Positions 9,425 through 19,519 are shown, counted from the first letter of the stretch. The stretch: DNA of 64,000 nt from Promethearchaeota archaeon (GCA_019058015.1 JAHLWH010000134.1:1-64000); one strand, 5' to 3'. Notes: generated by a model from the sequence alone, not told the origin. Made by a program: numbers and translations.

Positions 9425-10753
9425 ATTCTAGCGGGACATGGACGGTTATTGATACTGCTCTCTGCATTTTTTTTAATGGCAGGGTTTGCCTTTATAAATT
9501 TTTTTTTAATTTTCCTGGCAATTATACTCTTATTTTCGACGATCATTAGTCTCCCATCGTTTTATTTAGGTCTCAATATTGATGATCTCAAGGTTACAAG
9601 GGAATTAGAGAAGAATAAAATATTCAAGGATGATTTTGTTCATGTGAAAGTCGTAGTAGAGAATATAGGGAAAAATAAATTTGAATTTATCGAAGTGAGA
9701 GATTATTACAATCCTACACTTTTTAGATTGGTTTTAGGAGAAAATTACATTTTAACAAGAATTGATCCAAAGGAAACCATAAAATTTTCTTATATATTAC
9801 AACCAAGGGTTCGAGGGGAATATCCATTTGGGCCATTATCGGTCATTGTAAAAGATAGATTAGGCTTTAATTCTGAAGAAAGAATCGTTCCAAAATCAGT
9901 CACCAAAATTTTAATTTATCCTCCTTATGAGGATATTAAACGAATTGAAATTCTTGGTTCAAAAAGATCTCTCAATTTAAATTATGGCATCCAGAGATCA
10001 AAGATGAAAGGTTTGGGTTCTGAATTCTATGGAATGCGAAGATATGTTTTTGGAGACCAATTTCGATTAATTGATTGGAAAGCAAGTGCTCGTCATCAGA
10101 AACTCATAGTTAAAGAATTTGAATCAGAAAGAGACATTACAGTTTTGATTATGGTTGATTGTGGAGAATCTATGGCAGGTGGATCGATTGAAAATACAAA
10201 ATTCGAATATGCCATTAGAGCTACAATGTTATTAACAAAAATATCACTCACGAGAAGAGATTCAGTTGGGGTTTTTTTATTTTCAGATAAAAAAAATTAT
10301 CATTTTAAGGAACCAAATAGCGGGAGCGATCATTTCTATCAAGTGCTAGATTTTGTTGCAAAAGTAAAACCATCTGGAAAAACTAAATTAGAAGAAGCAA
10401 TGGATTTTATTAATAAAAGATTTCAAAAAAGGAGTTTAGTGTTCTTAATTACAGATTTAGAGCAAACTTCTGATGATGTTATAAAGGGAATTAAAAAAAT
10501 TGTAATGTGGAAGCATTCTCTAGTGGTCATAAATCCATTCAGTCCTTGGTTTGAAATTCACGAGGTTGATTTATCTCCAAGTGATAAAGCTCTAGCTGAA
10601 GCAATATCAGAAGAAATGATGGAACAAGTTTTAAAAATAAGACATAATGCGAGAACATTGGGGGTACCAATTATTAGTGTGGGCCCAGATGATATGATGT
10701 CTCAGATCCTAGCCCAATATTTAGAAGCAAAGAAAAAGGGGAAGGCGTATTAA
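9425..10753 (+). CDS. DUF58 / VWA-domain MoxR partner
   Basis: RGEY.FGP, EFYGMRRYVFGDQFRLIDWKASAR, VKEFE and a degenerate MIDAS (DCGES). The frame is open upstream of TTG 9449, and an ATT at 9425 follows GGTGA. Confidence 0.9.
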   Translation: MLAGHGRLLILLSAFFLMAGFAFINFFLIFLAIILLFSTIISLPSFYLGLNIDDLKVTRELEKNKIFKDDFVHVKVVVENIGKNKFEFIEVRDYYNPTLFRLVLGENYILTRIDPKETIKFSYILQPRVRGEYPFGPLSVIVKDRLGFNSEERIVPKSVTKILIYPPYEDIKRIEILGSKRSLNLNYGIQRSKMKGLGSEFYGMRRYVFGDQFRLIDWKASARHQKLIVKEFESERDITVLIMVDCGESMAGGSIENTKFEYAIRATMLLTKISLTRRDSVGVFLFSDKKNYHFKEPNSGSDHFYQVLDFVAKVKPSGKTKLEEAMDFINKRFQKRSLVFLITDLEQTSDDVIKGIKKIVMWKHSLVVINPFSPWFEIHEVDLSPSDKALAEAISEEMMEQVLKIRHNARTLGVPIISVGPDDMMSQILAQYLEAKKKGKAY

Positions 10754-12190
10754 ATGGTGAGATGGTATCTAACAACATTAAAAGTTATAAATATTTTAGT
10801 ATTTTTTTGGATTTTAGCAATTTTTAATACAATTTTTGATCAGAGTTTAATTGATTTTGCTGCAGTAATAAATGTAATAACTTCTTTAAAAAATATTATC
10901 AGCTATTTGATTTTTGGATTACTTTATTTAGTCGCAGTAGGAATATCTATGATGGTAATTTTCTTGTTTTTATGGCACGGCCATTTTGATTCTTCTTTTA
11001 TGCGTAATTTTCTTGATAATTTATTTAAAGGTCTTTTAAACTCATGGTTTGCATTTCCAGAAGGACCAGTAGAATCCTTGGGCCAGATTCCAACCCGTTT
11101 ATTGAATCAAATTGAATTAATAACAGATGATATTTATAATGTATCATTTCAAATTTTATTTCTACTTCTAATTATTAATTTTATTAGATCTATACTTCAA
11201 ACAAATCCTAAATATAATTTCTGGGTAGTTGGGTGCCTTGTAGGAATGATTATAATTCCGCTATTCTTTGAAGGATTAAGAAACATGCTTGATTTATTTA
11301 ATATTAGTATAGAATATTTAGATGCTCTTCCAAATCCGCTCTTTCCATCTATTCTTGAAAGACCGGTTAATGACTTTATAGCTTTTATTTTTAGTTCTAT
11401 TTCTCAATTGGCACTTGCTCTATATATTTATCTAGATCTCTCCTTTCAAATAAATTATACAAATATAGTATCGATGCCTTCATTAGAAAGAACTGAAAGA
11501 TTGGAATTTCAATTAGAAGTATTAAATAAAGAAGCTTTGGAGATTACAACAAATATTGAACAGATTAAAGAAGAAAGTAAAAAGAAAAAGGAAGAATTGG
11601 GAATTGAAAAGGGAGAAAAAATTACTACTTTTTTAGGAAAGAAGGAACAAAAATTCTCATATGTAAAGGAGATGATATTAAAAAAGAAATTAGAAGAGGA
11701 GGAAAAGAAACTGATTTCTGCTGCTCATGATACAAGGCGATTAGGGAGTTATATAGAAAGATTGTTTGTAGAAGATTCAGAAGCACGAGATACACTCACA
11801 GCTACAAGTTCTGCACCAAGACCTTCTAAACTCATCGTTTCAACTCTCACCAGTTTTTTTATTAGGGTAATTGCATTAATCTTTATTAGTTTTATTATTC
11901 TCCATACTTCTTGGTTAATTATTTCAGTTTTGAATTTACCGGAGGCTATATCAGGAAGCGTTGCAATGTTCTCACCGGAAATAATACTTGTTGTAATGTT
12001 GCCAATTATATTACTTTTCCCTATAAGTGCTCAAATAATATCTTATGTTAAAAAGCGAGCCCTCATTAGTCAATTAAAGGAAGAAAGAGAAATAAAAGAA
12101 ATTGAAGCTACTGTTGGAGATTATCTAGTCTCTACAGAACAGGAAAAGAGTGAAATCGTCGAAGAAGAGGGAGAGGTTTCAATCACATAA
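10754..12190 (+). CDS. Polytopic membrane protein with a large cytosolic charged coiled-coil region; function unknown
   Basis: About 7 hydrophobic segments and a K/E-rich loop; abuts the DUF58 stop codon (TAAATG). Confidence 0.75.
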   Translation: MVRWYLTTLKVINILVFFWILAIFNTIFDQSLIDFAAVINVITSLKNIISYLIFGLLYLVAVGISMMVIFLFLWHGHFDSSFMRNFLDNLFKGLLNSWFAFPEGPVESLGQIPTRLLNQIELITDDIYNVSFQILFLLLIINFIRSILQTNPKYNFWVVGCLVGMIIIPLFFEGLRNMLDLFNISIEYLDALPNPLFPSILERPVNDFIAFIFSSISQLALALYIYLDLSFQINYTNIVSMPSLERTERLEFQLEVLNKEALEITTNIEQIKEESKKKKEELGIEKGEKITTFLGKKEQKFSYVKEMILKKKLEEEEKKLISAAHDTRRLGSYIERLFVEDSEARDTLTATSSAPRPSKLIVSTLTSFFIRVIALIFISFIILHTSWLIISVLNLPEAISGSVAMFSPEIILVVMLPIILLFPISAQIISYVKKRALISQLKEEREIKEIEATVGDYLVSTEQEKSEIVEEEGEVSIT

Positions 12191-12197
12191 TAACTTT

Positions 12198-13145
12198 TCA
12201 TATGTCTAAATTTAGAATATATTTTGCTAATGCTACTTTTTTTTTTAAATTTATCATAAAAATATCATATAAATAGGTTTTAATTCCAAGGTTTTCAATT
12301 TTTGAAGTAAATTTTTCATCTCTTATGTCAATGATAAAATGTCCTAAAAAATCTGCATAATATTTTGCTATTCCAAAAGAAGATACTTCAAGATTTAAAG
12401 CTTTCATTAATTTATCTGTAGGACCTTTCACTGGAGCACCTTTTATTAAAGGACTAACTCCAATTACCTTATTTTTCACTCTCTTTAAGGTATCTCTTAT
12501 CCCCTTTACCTCTAAAATAGGTTTAATTGATACAATTGGATTTGATGGACAAATAATAATTTTCTTAGCCTTTTCAATTTTCTTTAACACACCTTTTACT
12601 GGTTCGGCTTTTTTTATTCCATTAAAAATTACATTTTTAACTGGAATATTCGTTTTATATTTTATGAAATATTCTTCAAAATGAATATCTCCACGCGGTG
12701 TTATTATATGAGTTTCCACCCATGTATCAGTCATAGGTATAATCTCGCATTTAACTCCTAATCTATCGCATATCTTTTTTGTAGCTTCTGACTTAGAAAA
12801 TCCTTTTGACATTAAATCTGTTCTAAAGATGTGTGTTGCAGCATCCTTATCTCCAATGTTAAACCAATTAAAACCATAATATTTTTTTAAAATATTTAAA
12901 CAGGTAAAACTCTCATCTTTAAATCCCCACCCCTTATTCTCATCTACTACATTTGCTACTGTATAAGTTATAATGTCGATATCAGGACAGATTTTTAGCC
13001 CAAATAACTCAATATCATCTCCAGTATTGACGATAATTTGAAAATTTTCTTGAGGTAAAATTTCAATTAAACCTCGTATTAACCGTGCTGCACCTATTCC
13101 ACCCGCTAAGACTAATATTTTTGAATTTTCCAGCATATTATCCAC
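12198..13145 (-). CDS. cofD: 2-phospho-L-lactate/PEP transferase CofD (FbiA)
   Basis: LAGGIGAA, IVNTGDD, CPDID, GDKD.ATH, HFEEY, PSNPIVSI, GPTDKLM. Confidence 0.95.
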   Translation of the reverse strand: MDNMLENSKILVLAGGIGAARLIRGLIEILPQENFQIIVNTGDDIELFGLKICPDIDIITYTVANVVDENKGWGFKDESFTCLNILKKYYGFNWFNIGDKDAATHIFRTDLMSKGFSKSEATKKICDRLGVKCEIIPMTDTWVETHIITPRGDIHFEEYFIKYKTNIPVKNVIFNGIKKAEPVKGVLKKIEKAKKIIICPSNPIVSIKPILEVKGIRDTLKRVKNKVIGVSPLIKGAPVKGPTDKLMKALNLEVSSFGIAKYYADFLGHFIIDIRDEKFTSKIENLGIKTYLYDIFMINLKKKVALAKYILNLDI

Positions 13146-13159
13146 ATTAATTTTTTATT

Positions 13160-13777
13160 TTACATAAAATTTGAGCTAATAAATAGAATCTTTTTAAGTG
13201 GTTGGCGAATAGGAGGTTTAATTTCTTTTTTTTTTGGGTAGCCAACAGTAATAAATGCTATGGGATAATAAGTTTTAGGTAGATTTAATATAGATAAGAC
13301 TATTTCTCTTGTAAATAAAGGCGCTGAATACCAGCAAGAAGCTAATCCATACTTTTGAAATGAAATAAGTAAATATGTAATTGAACTAGCTACACTTAAA
13401 TTTCCTAAGATAAATTCATTCTTATTACGTTCATTATCTGGATATATATACAATACAGATGAATCCATACATGAAAGGATCAAAAATGGAGAATTTAAGA
13501 ACTGTTCTCTAGTTAATTTAATTTTTATATCAATTTCTTCTTCTGATTTACTATTTTTCTTAAAGTCTTTCCTCAATTTTTCATTCATTTTATCCACTAG
13601 AGTTAATCGTTGTTCCTTATTATCGATAATAATGTAACGCCATGGCTGACAGTTATGTGCTGAAGGGGCCCATTGAGAAATCTCTATACATTCCTCTATT
13701 ATTCTCTTTTCCACCTCTTTTTTTTCAAAAGAAAATTTATAACTCCTTCTATTTTTTAATGCATTTATAATTTCCAT
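13160..13777 (-). CDS. Nitroreductase-family flavoprotein (FbiB C-terminal/FbiE-like candidate)
   Basis: RRS, WAPSAHNCQPWRY, GLASCW, ITVGYP; located between cofE and cofD. Confidence 0.85.
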   Translation of the reverse strand: MEIINALKNRRSYKFSFEKKEVEKRIIEECIEISQWAPSAHNCQPWRYIIIDNKEQRLTLVDKMNEKLRKDFKKNSKSEEEIDIKIKLTREQFLNSPFLILSCMDSSVLYIYPDNERNKNEFILGNLSVASSITYLLISFQKYGLASCWYSAPLFTREIVLSILNLPKTYYPIAFITVGYPKKKEIKPPIRQPLKKILFISSNFM

Positions 13778-13782
13778 AAAAA

Positions 13783-14583
13783 TTAACTCCTAAAAATATC
13801 AAATTTATCTTCTCTTAAAATAGATGTTATAGAAGCATGTTCTTCTATAATATAATCATAACCTCTAATAATCACTACTGGAATTCCTTCATTACTTTCA
13901 CCCATTACTAACTGTGCAGCGGATACCAAATTATCTGCCTGTCCTATTATTGTTGTTTGTAATTTATACCCATATAAATCCATGCAACCTCGTTTATCTA
14001 AAATAGGTTTCATTCCAGCAATACCAATTGCAACTCCTACAGTCCCAACTCTAAAAGGTCTTCCAAAAGAATCTGAAATGATTACTGCTACTTCTCTATT
14101 AGATAATTCTTTAAGTTCTTTTCTTATTCTCATAGCATCCTCATCCGGATTTTCTGGAAGTAAAGTAACATTGTCAATCCCCTCAACATTTGATTTATCT
14201 ATTCCAGCATTAGCACATATAAATCCTTGATGTTTTGTTTCAACTATTAACACATGCTCAACTTTAAGTATTTCTTTCGATTCTTCTAATATTGCCTGAA
14301 TTAATTCAGGAGATTTTATTGAAATTCCAGCTCTTTCTACCTTAGGTTTCATCCGTTTATATATTTCAATAGCTTTTTTACTAGGTACAATCTCATTTAA
14401 GTTTCTAATACGCCCATTACTCTTCGAAATAATTGATTGAGATATAATAATAACATCCTTATCCTTTAAGGACATATAGTTTTTCTTTAGTGATTCTATT
14501 ATTATTGTCGAAATATTATCTCCTTCTTTTATAAAAGGAATATCTTGAACCCCAATTATCTCAATTTGATTTTTTGATATCAT
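13783..14583 (-). CDS. cofE: Coenzyme F420-0:L-glutamate ligase CofE
   Basis: CANAGIDKSN, LLPENPD, ISDSFGRPFR.G, MGES.EG.PVVIIRG. Confidence 0.95.
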   Translation of the reverse strand: MISKNQIEIIGVQDIPFIKEGDNISTIIIESLKKNYMSLKDKDVIIISQSIISKSNGRIRNLNEIVPSKKAIEIYKRMKPKVERAGISIKSPELIQAILEESKEILKVEHVLIVETKHQGFICANAGIDKSNVEGIDNVTLLPENPDEDAMRIRKELKELSNREVAVIISDSFGRPFRVGTVGVAIGIAGMKPILDKRGCMDLYGYKLQTTIIGQADNLVSAAQLVMGESNEGIPVVIIRGYDYIIEEHASITSILREDKFDIFRS

Positions 14584-14599
14584 TCTAAATCATTTATTC

Positions 14600-15664
14600 T
14601 TATGAATTTTGATATTTTTTAATTTCTTTATCTGAACTTTTAGAAAATTTTTCAAATTTTACTGGAATTGCACAACATGCAGAATAAAATTTGAATGAAA
14701 TTCCAGGATAACTTTCTTTTACCCAAATTAAAGTTTTTTTGGAAGGAATTTCAATTCTATTTACTCCTGCTTGAATTGCATATTTCTCAATTTTAAATTT
14801 AAATGAACCTCTCGGGCGCATACAACCTAATGAAATTTCTGTATTAGGAAAAATTAATCTAGTTAAAGTTATAATCTTTGCAATATCGATTGGATTTGGT
14901 GTGACAAATCTTTCATTTATATCCTCTAAAGATCTGGGAGGAATTAATGCAATTAATACAATTACTGAAGGATTAATAATATTTTGTTTTATAAATTTAA
15001 TAGATTCAATTTCTTTATGAAGTCTCCCATAAAATAGCCCAATACAAATATGAGGAACTATATTTAAATTATACTTTTTTAAAATTTGAACAGCCTCTTT
15101 ATAATCTTCTAAATTCTTATTCAAATGATAAATATTTTGGATAATCTCCTCATCCATATTTATATCAAATGATATAATATCAACATTAGAATCTGTCAAT
15201 TTTTTTGCCGTTTCCTCATTTAACAATCCAGTATGTGTATTTATAATTAAATTAGTCTCATTTTTTACTTTTTTAATCACATCTAAAAAATCCTTTAAAG
15301 GGACCGCCCCTTCTTCATCACAACCCCCAGAAATTAAAGCCCCTACACCATTATTTTTTGAGTGATTAAGCAAGAATTTTTCTAATTTATCTGAATTTTG
15401 AATTTTTTTCATTCCTTCTAAATATTTTTTATTACAATGTTCACATTCTAAAGCACACTTATTTCCTGTTATACTTATAGCCGGAAATCTTTTACTCGGT
15501 GTATATATTTTAAGTTGATTTCCAAAATTTTGAATCGAAATTTCATGAGAAAGATCAAAAAAAGCTTCTAAATCGTTTTCCTTTAATTGTAAAAAATTAT
15601 AATAATCATCCCATGAGGCATTTCCCACCTTAATTTTATTAAATAATTGCTGGATTTTATTCAT
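14600..15664 (-). CDS. lipS1: Radical SAM lipoyl synthase subunit, LipS1-type
   Basis: SITG..CALECEHC (CX3CX2C), LISGG, GCMRP and a C-terminal CC motif; flanks a lipoate ligase. The S1/S2 naming is from recalled Thermococcus motifs. Confidence 0.75.
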   Translation of the reverse strand: MNKIQQLFNKIKVGNASWDDYYNFLQLKENDLEAFFDLSHEISIQNFGNQLKIYTPSKRFPAISITGNKCALECEHCNKKYLEGMKKIQNSDKLEKFLLNHSKNNGVGALISGGCDEEGAVPLKDFLDVIKKVKNETNLIINTHTGLLNEETAKKLTDSNVDIISFDINMDEEIIQNIYHLNKNLEDYKEAVQILKKYNLNIVPHICIGLFYGRLHKEIESIKFIKQNIINPSVIVLIALIPPRSLEDINERFVTPNPIDIAKIITLTRLIFPNTEISLGCMRPRGSFKFKIEKYAIQAGVNRIEIPSKKTLIWVKESYPGISFKFYSACCAIPVKFEKFSKSSDKEIKKYQNS

Positions 15665-16436
15665 ATTTGTATAACCATTTATCCGTACTATATTTCTCTT
15701 TTATTAATTTTTCTGCTAATTCCAATTCATATTTTGAAAATTTTCCCTTCTCCAATTTTATTCCTAAAGTTGTTTCAAAACCATTAATAAGATAAGAAAT
15801 AAATTCATTTTCATCAAAATTTTGAATTTGTTCTTCTATACCAATTACTTTAGCATATACTGAAGCCACCATCTTTTTAGTAGGAACATTTTTTGGAGCT
15901 TTTAATACAGAGTACATCAACTCAGGATTTATTTTTAATAATATCGTTCCATGTTGTAATAAATATCCACTTCTTCTAACTTGTGCATTTCCGGAGATCT
16001 TTTTTCCATCTAAAAAGATCGCAGGGCAATGTATAACTCCTTTATCAGATCCTAATTGATAATTACTAAGAGCTTCAATTATCCCTTGAGTAATAATCTC
16101 ATATTGTTCTATCATTCTTATAAATCCCTTTTCCTCTAAAAATTTTAATGGACATACAACTGAATAAGTTATTTCTCCTTTAAAATCATGAAAAACCGCA
16201 CCCCCTCCAGTTATCCTTCTTACTATATTAAATTTTTTCTCTTTAGCAACAGTTATATTAACCTCATCTGAAACACTCTGATGATATCCAATCGTTATTG
16301 TAGAAGGATCCCATTTAAATAAACGAATCGTGTTTGGAGTTTTTTTTTCAATACAAGATTGTAATATTGACTCATCTAAAGCCATATTCCAATAACCATC
16401 TCTGATTTCTAATGGTAAAAATCTCCAAATATTCAT
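15657..16436 (-). CDS. Lipoate-protein ligase / LipM-type octanoyltransferase (catalytic domain only)
   Basis: NMALDE, RRITGGGAVFHD, KKISGNAQ, QHGTIL. Confidence 0.92.
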   Translation of the reverse strand: MNIWRFLPLEIRDGYWNMALDESILQSCIEKKTPNTIRLFKWDPSTITIGYHQSVSDEVNITVAKEKKFNIVRRITGGGAVFHDFKGEITYSVVCPLKFLEEKGFIRMIEQYEIITQGIIEALSNYQLGSDKGVIHCPAIFLDGKKISGNAQVRRSGYLLQHGTILLKINPELMYSVLKAPKNVPTKKMVASVYAKVIGIEEQIQNFDENEFISYLINGFETTLGIKLEKGKFSKYELELAEKLIKEKYSTDKWLYKYE

Positions 16437-16453
16437 AATATCACTCTTAATGA

Positions 16454-17470
16454 TTAATTTACAAATCTCTCTAGTAATTTATATATTTCTTTTTTCTCAA
16501 AGAAATTTATTTCCCGTGGATAATTATAAATTGGTCCTGAAGGCTTAGAAGTATAATAAGGACGATTGCAACCTGGACATCCGGTAGTCCTGAAAGCCTC
16601 ACTCTCATCAACAAAATTTCTTAATTCTTTCTTATTTAAATTAAAATATATTATATCTCCTTTTTGATTAAATGTAAAATCATCTAATTTCTTGTAATCA
16701 TTTATGAGTAAATATCTACCTAATTGTATTTTTCTAAAGTGATTTATATCTGGCTGGATCATATTCTCAAATTTTGTTCCTTCAATAGGTGTAAATGCAA
16801 ATAATCCGGGTAAAATAGACAACTCATGCAATTCTGCAATTAATTTTAATGTTTCTTTCTGAGTTTCACCAAAACCAATTATTATATGAGTGCTTACAAG
16901 TTCTTTTCCAAAAACATCCAAGGCATCTCTTAAACTATCAAAATGAGAACGCCAAAAATACGAACCGTTAACTCCTATTCCCTTAATTTTTTCGAAAATT
17001 TCTTTTGTTACGCCATCTAATGCTATTCCCACTCTTTGTACTCCACATAACTTTAAATCCTTTAATTCATCTTTAGATATTGGAGGTATTGCCACAGATA
17101 TTGGTATATTGGTAACTTTTCTAATCCCAGATATAATTTCAATCAAGTCTTGTAAATTCTCGGCATAATTAAGCGTTTGAACACATATTCTCTGAAATTT
17201 TTTTAAAGAAGCAGCATATTTTAATTTGGTTAAAAAATCCTTAAAGGGAAAAATTGGCCAATTGATACGTGATAATTTATCATTTGAACTAGTTGCATTT
17301 CTTGCTTGAGGACAAAAACCACAATTTGCAATGCATTTTCCTTTCTTGTAAGTCATACTATAAACCGTAGTTGGAGGGGTCTCGAGCTTTATGGAAGTAA
17401 ATCCTAAAATCGTGGCGCTACCAATAGAAACTCTAATTTTTTCAATCGTCATAGAATATTTTAAAATCAA
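16454..17470 (-). CDS. lipS2: Radical SAM lipoyl synthase subunit, LipS2-type
   Basis: CIANCGFC.Q, LSRI.WP and a C-terminal TTGCPGCNRP motif. Probable ATG start at 17452. Confidence 0.75.
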   Translation of the reverse strand: MILKYSMTIEKIRVSIGSATILGFTSIKLETPPTTVYSMTYKKGKCIANCGFCPQARNATSSNDKLSRINWPIFPFKDFLTKLKYAASLKKFQRICVQTLNYAENLQDLIEIISGIRKVTNIPISVAIPPISKDELKDLKLCGVQRVGIALDGVTKEIFEKIKGIGVNGSYFWRSHFDSLRDALDVFGKELVSTHIIIGFGETQKETLKLIAELHELSILPGLFAFTPIEGTKFENMIQPDINHFRKIQLGRYLLINDYKKLDDFTFNQKGDIIYFNLNKKELRNFVDESEAFRTTGCPGCNRPYYTSKPSGPIYNYPREINFFEKKEIYKLLERFVN

Positions 17471-17504
17471 ATAATTATATTAATTTAAAAATAGTATTAA
17501 GTAA

Positions 17505-18617
17505 ATGAAAAAAATTATGGAAAAACCTCTGAATATCATCTTTATCGAAAATTTTCATATCTATAAAAAATACACCAAAGTTAAAACTGTAGGTGGCATA
17601 GAAACAAATACTTGGGATGTTATCAATTCATTAAGAAATAAGGGCCATAACGTATGGGTTCCGAGTGAGAATAAATCTCCACCAAAATGGGTTCAAAAAA
17701 ATGAAGTAGATGTAATTTCTAGTTCTACATTTGATCCCTTAACTGCATGGCAATTGTATAAGATGAAAAAAAAACACAATGCTACAGTTATCCAACATGC
17801 ACATACAACAGTTGAAGATTTAGAAGGCGGATTTTTACCTAATATGAAAATTTGGGCAAAATTAACTCGAATATACCTTAAATATTTATATAACGTGTCA
17901 CATTTAATAATAACTCCATCAGAATTTTCTAAAAATTCAATAAAGAAGCTAAATTTAAAGAAAAAACCACCAATATATGCAGTTAGTAATGGAGTTAAAT
18001 TTGAAAAATTTAAAGAAAAAAAGGAATATCGAGAAAATTTTAGAAAATTTTTAAATGAAAGATATAATGTTCCAATTGATGCCAAAATCATTCTAAATGT
18101 AGGTTTTACTTGGAGAAGAAAAGGAGTTGATGAATTTTATAAATGCGCAAAAGATTTATTAGATTATTGGTTTGTTTGGGTAGGACCAATAAAAGAAAAT
18201 TTCTATGTAAAACAAGCTTCTTCGCTGGAAAATTGTATTTTTACAGGATATTATGATAATATTTGTGAGCCTTATTATGGGGCTGATGTTCTTTTATTCC
18301 CCTCATATGTAGAAAATCAAGGGATTCCTCTCATGGAAGCTGCAGTTTGTAAATTACCAATTGTAGCCCGTGATATAGAACCATTTAATTGGTTAGTCCA
18401 TAACGAGTCTTGTTATAAAGCAAATCATCATAGTGAATTTATAACAGGAATTGAAATGATTCTACATGATTCAGCTTTTAGAAATAAAATAATTAAAAAT
18501 GCTTATATATCAACTGATAAACTGCATAACTTTAAAAAAATTGGCGATAAAATTGAATACTTATACAAAAGAGCAATAAAAATAAAAACTCTCCATCTTA
18601 AAAGAATCAGTAATTAA
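17505..18617 (+). CDS. GT4 glycosyltransferase
   Basis: HAHTT.ED, VSNGV, RKG, FPSYVENQGIPLMEAA. Confidence 0.9.
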   Translation: MKKIMEKPLNIIFIENFHIYKKYTKVKTVGGIETNTWDVINSLRNKGHNVWVPSENKSPPKWVQKNEVDVISSSTFDPLTAWQLYKMKKKHNATVIQHAHTTVEDLEGGFLPNMKIWAKLTRIYLKYLYNVSHLIITPSEFSKNSIKKLNLKKKPPIYAVSNGVKFEKFKEKKEYRENFRKFLNERYNVPIDAKIILNVGFTWRRKGVDEFYKCAKDLLDYWFVWVGPIKENFYVKQASSLENCIFTGYYDNICEPYYGADVLLFPSYVENQGIPLMEAAVCKLPIVARDIEPFNWLVHNESCYKANHHSEFITGIEMILHDSAFRNKIIKNAYISTDKLHNFKKIGDKIEYLYKRAIKIKTLHLKRISN

Positions 18618-18622
18618 TTTTT

Positions 18623-19087
18623 TTATAAAACCAGTTCCATAAAAATTGCACCTTCCACGGGATTGTATCTATACGGTTTAATATTTTTAAAACCTAATGA
18701 ACGATAAAGTGCTATTGCCTCTATCATTGAAGGAATTGTATCAAGTCGCATATAATTATAACTCATATTTTGAGCTTTTTCAATAATTTTTATCATTAAT
18801 CTTCTGCCTATTCCTCTTTTTCGAAATTCTGGTCGTACATATAATCTTTTCATTTCACACATACCTTTAGTAATCTTTCTTAATGCCGCACATCCAACTA
18901 TCTGCTTTTTTTCTTTAGCTAGAAGCAAGCAACCATTCGGTAAAGTATATTCTCCTGGAAGTGCTGCTAATTCTCTCTCAAAATCTTGAAATTCTAAATT
19001 AAAATCTAACCATGATGCATATTCTTTAAAAAGCTCTCTTATAATATTTAGATCTTCTTCAGTTTTTACAGAAGAAATTTTAACCAT
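18623..19087 (-). CDS. GNAT acetyltransferase
   Basis: CEMKRLYVRPEFRKRGIGR, LDT, ALYRSLGF. Confidence 0.93.
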   Translation of the reverse strand: MVKISSVKTEEDLNIIRELFKEYASWLDFNLEFQDFERELAALPGEYTLPNGCLLLAKEKKQIVGCAALRKITKGMCEMKRLYVRPEFRKRGIGRRLMIKIIEKAQNMSYNYMRLDTIPSMIEAIALYRSLGFKNIKPYRYNPVEGAIFMELVL

Positions 19088-19149
19088 GATTAATTATTAG
19101 TATAATTTATTTTAAGAAGTTAAAAATTAGCTTTTATAAAAATCTAATT

Positions 19150-19519
19150 ATGAAAGAAAGAAGAACTAATAAAAATAAAAAACGAAAATTGAGCATTTCA
19201 AAAAATAATTCCATATATATTCTAAATCTATGCCCTTTTCTGTAGATATTATGATAATCTTTAAAAGTAGTGATTATAATATCTATCATAATGTCTCTCT
19301 TAATGAATAAAGTACAAAATGCATTGTTATTTGTATTACTCTTAGTAGTAGTACTCTCATTAGTACTCTAATTCGAGAGAGAACGAACCTGAGCCTTTTT
19401 TTAAATCTAATTTCCTTGGATTTGTTCTTTCTTAATCTCCAGCAAATATTTTTAGAATTAAAGCTCAAAGGTTCGAAAAAGCATTGAAAAAAAGAATTCA
19501 TAAAATTGAAAAAATATAG
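19150..19519 (+). pseudogene. Possible decayed small membrane-protein gene
   Basis: Fragments in shifting frames: EELIKIKNEN, a long hydrophobic LKVVIIISIIMSLL...LLFVLLLVVVLSLVL stretch and ANIFRIKAQRFEKALKKRIHKIEKI, broken by stops. Confidence 0.3.

Noticed and set aside
19286-19501. 71-aa minus-strand ORF upstream of leuS
   Set aside because: No motif. The plus strand looks more like a decayed membrane-protein gene, so neither is called as an intact CDS.
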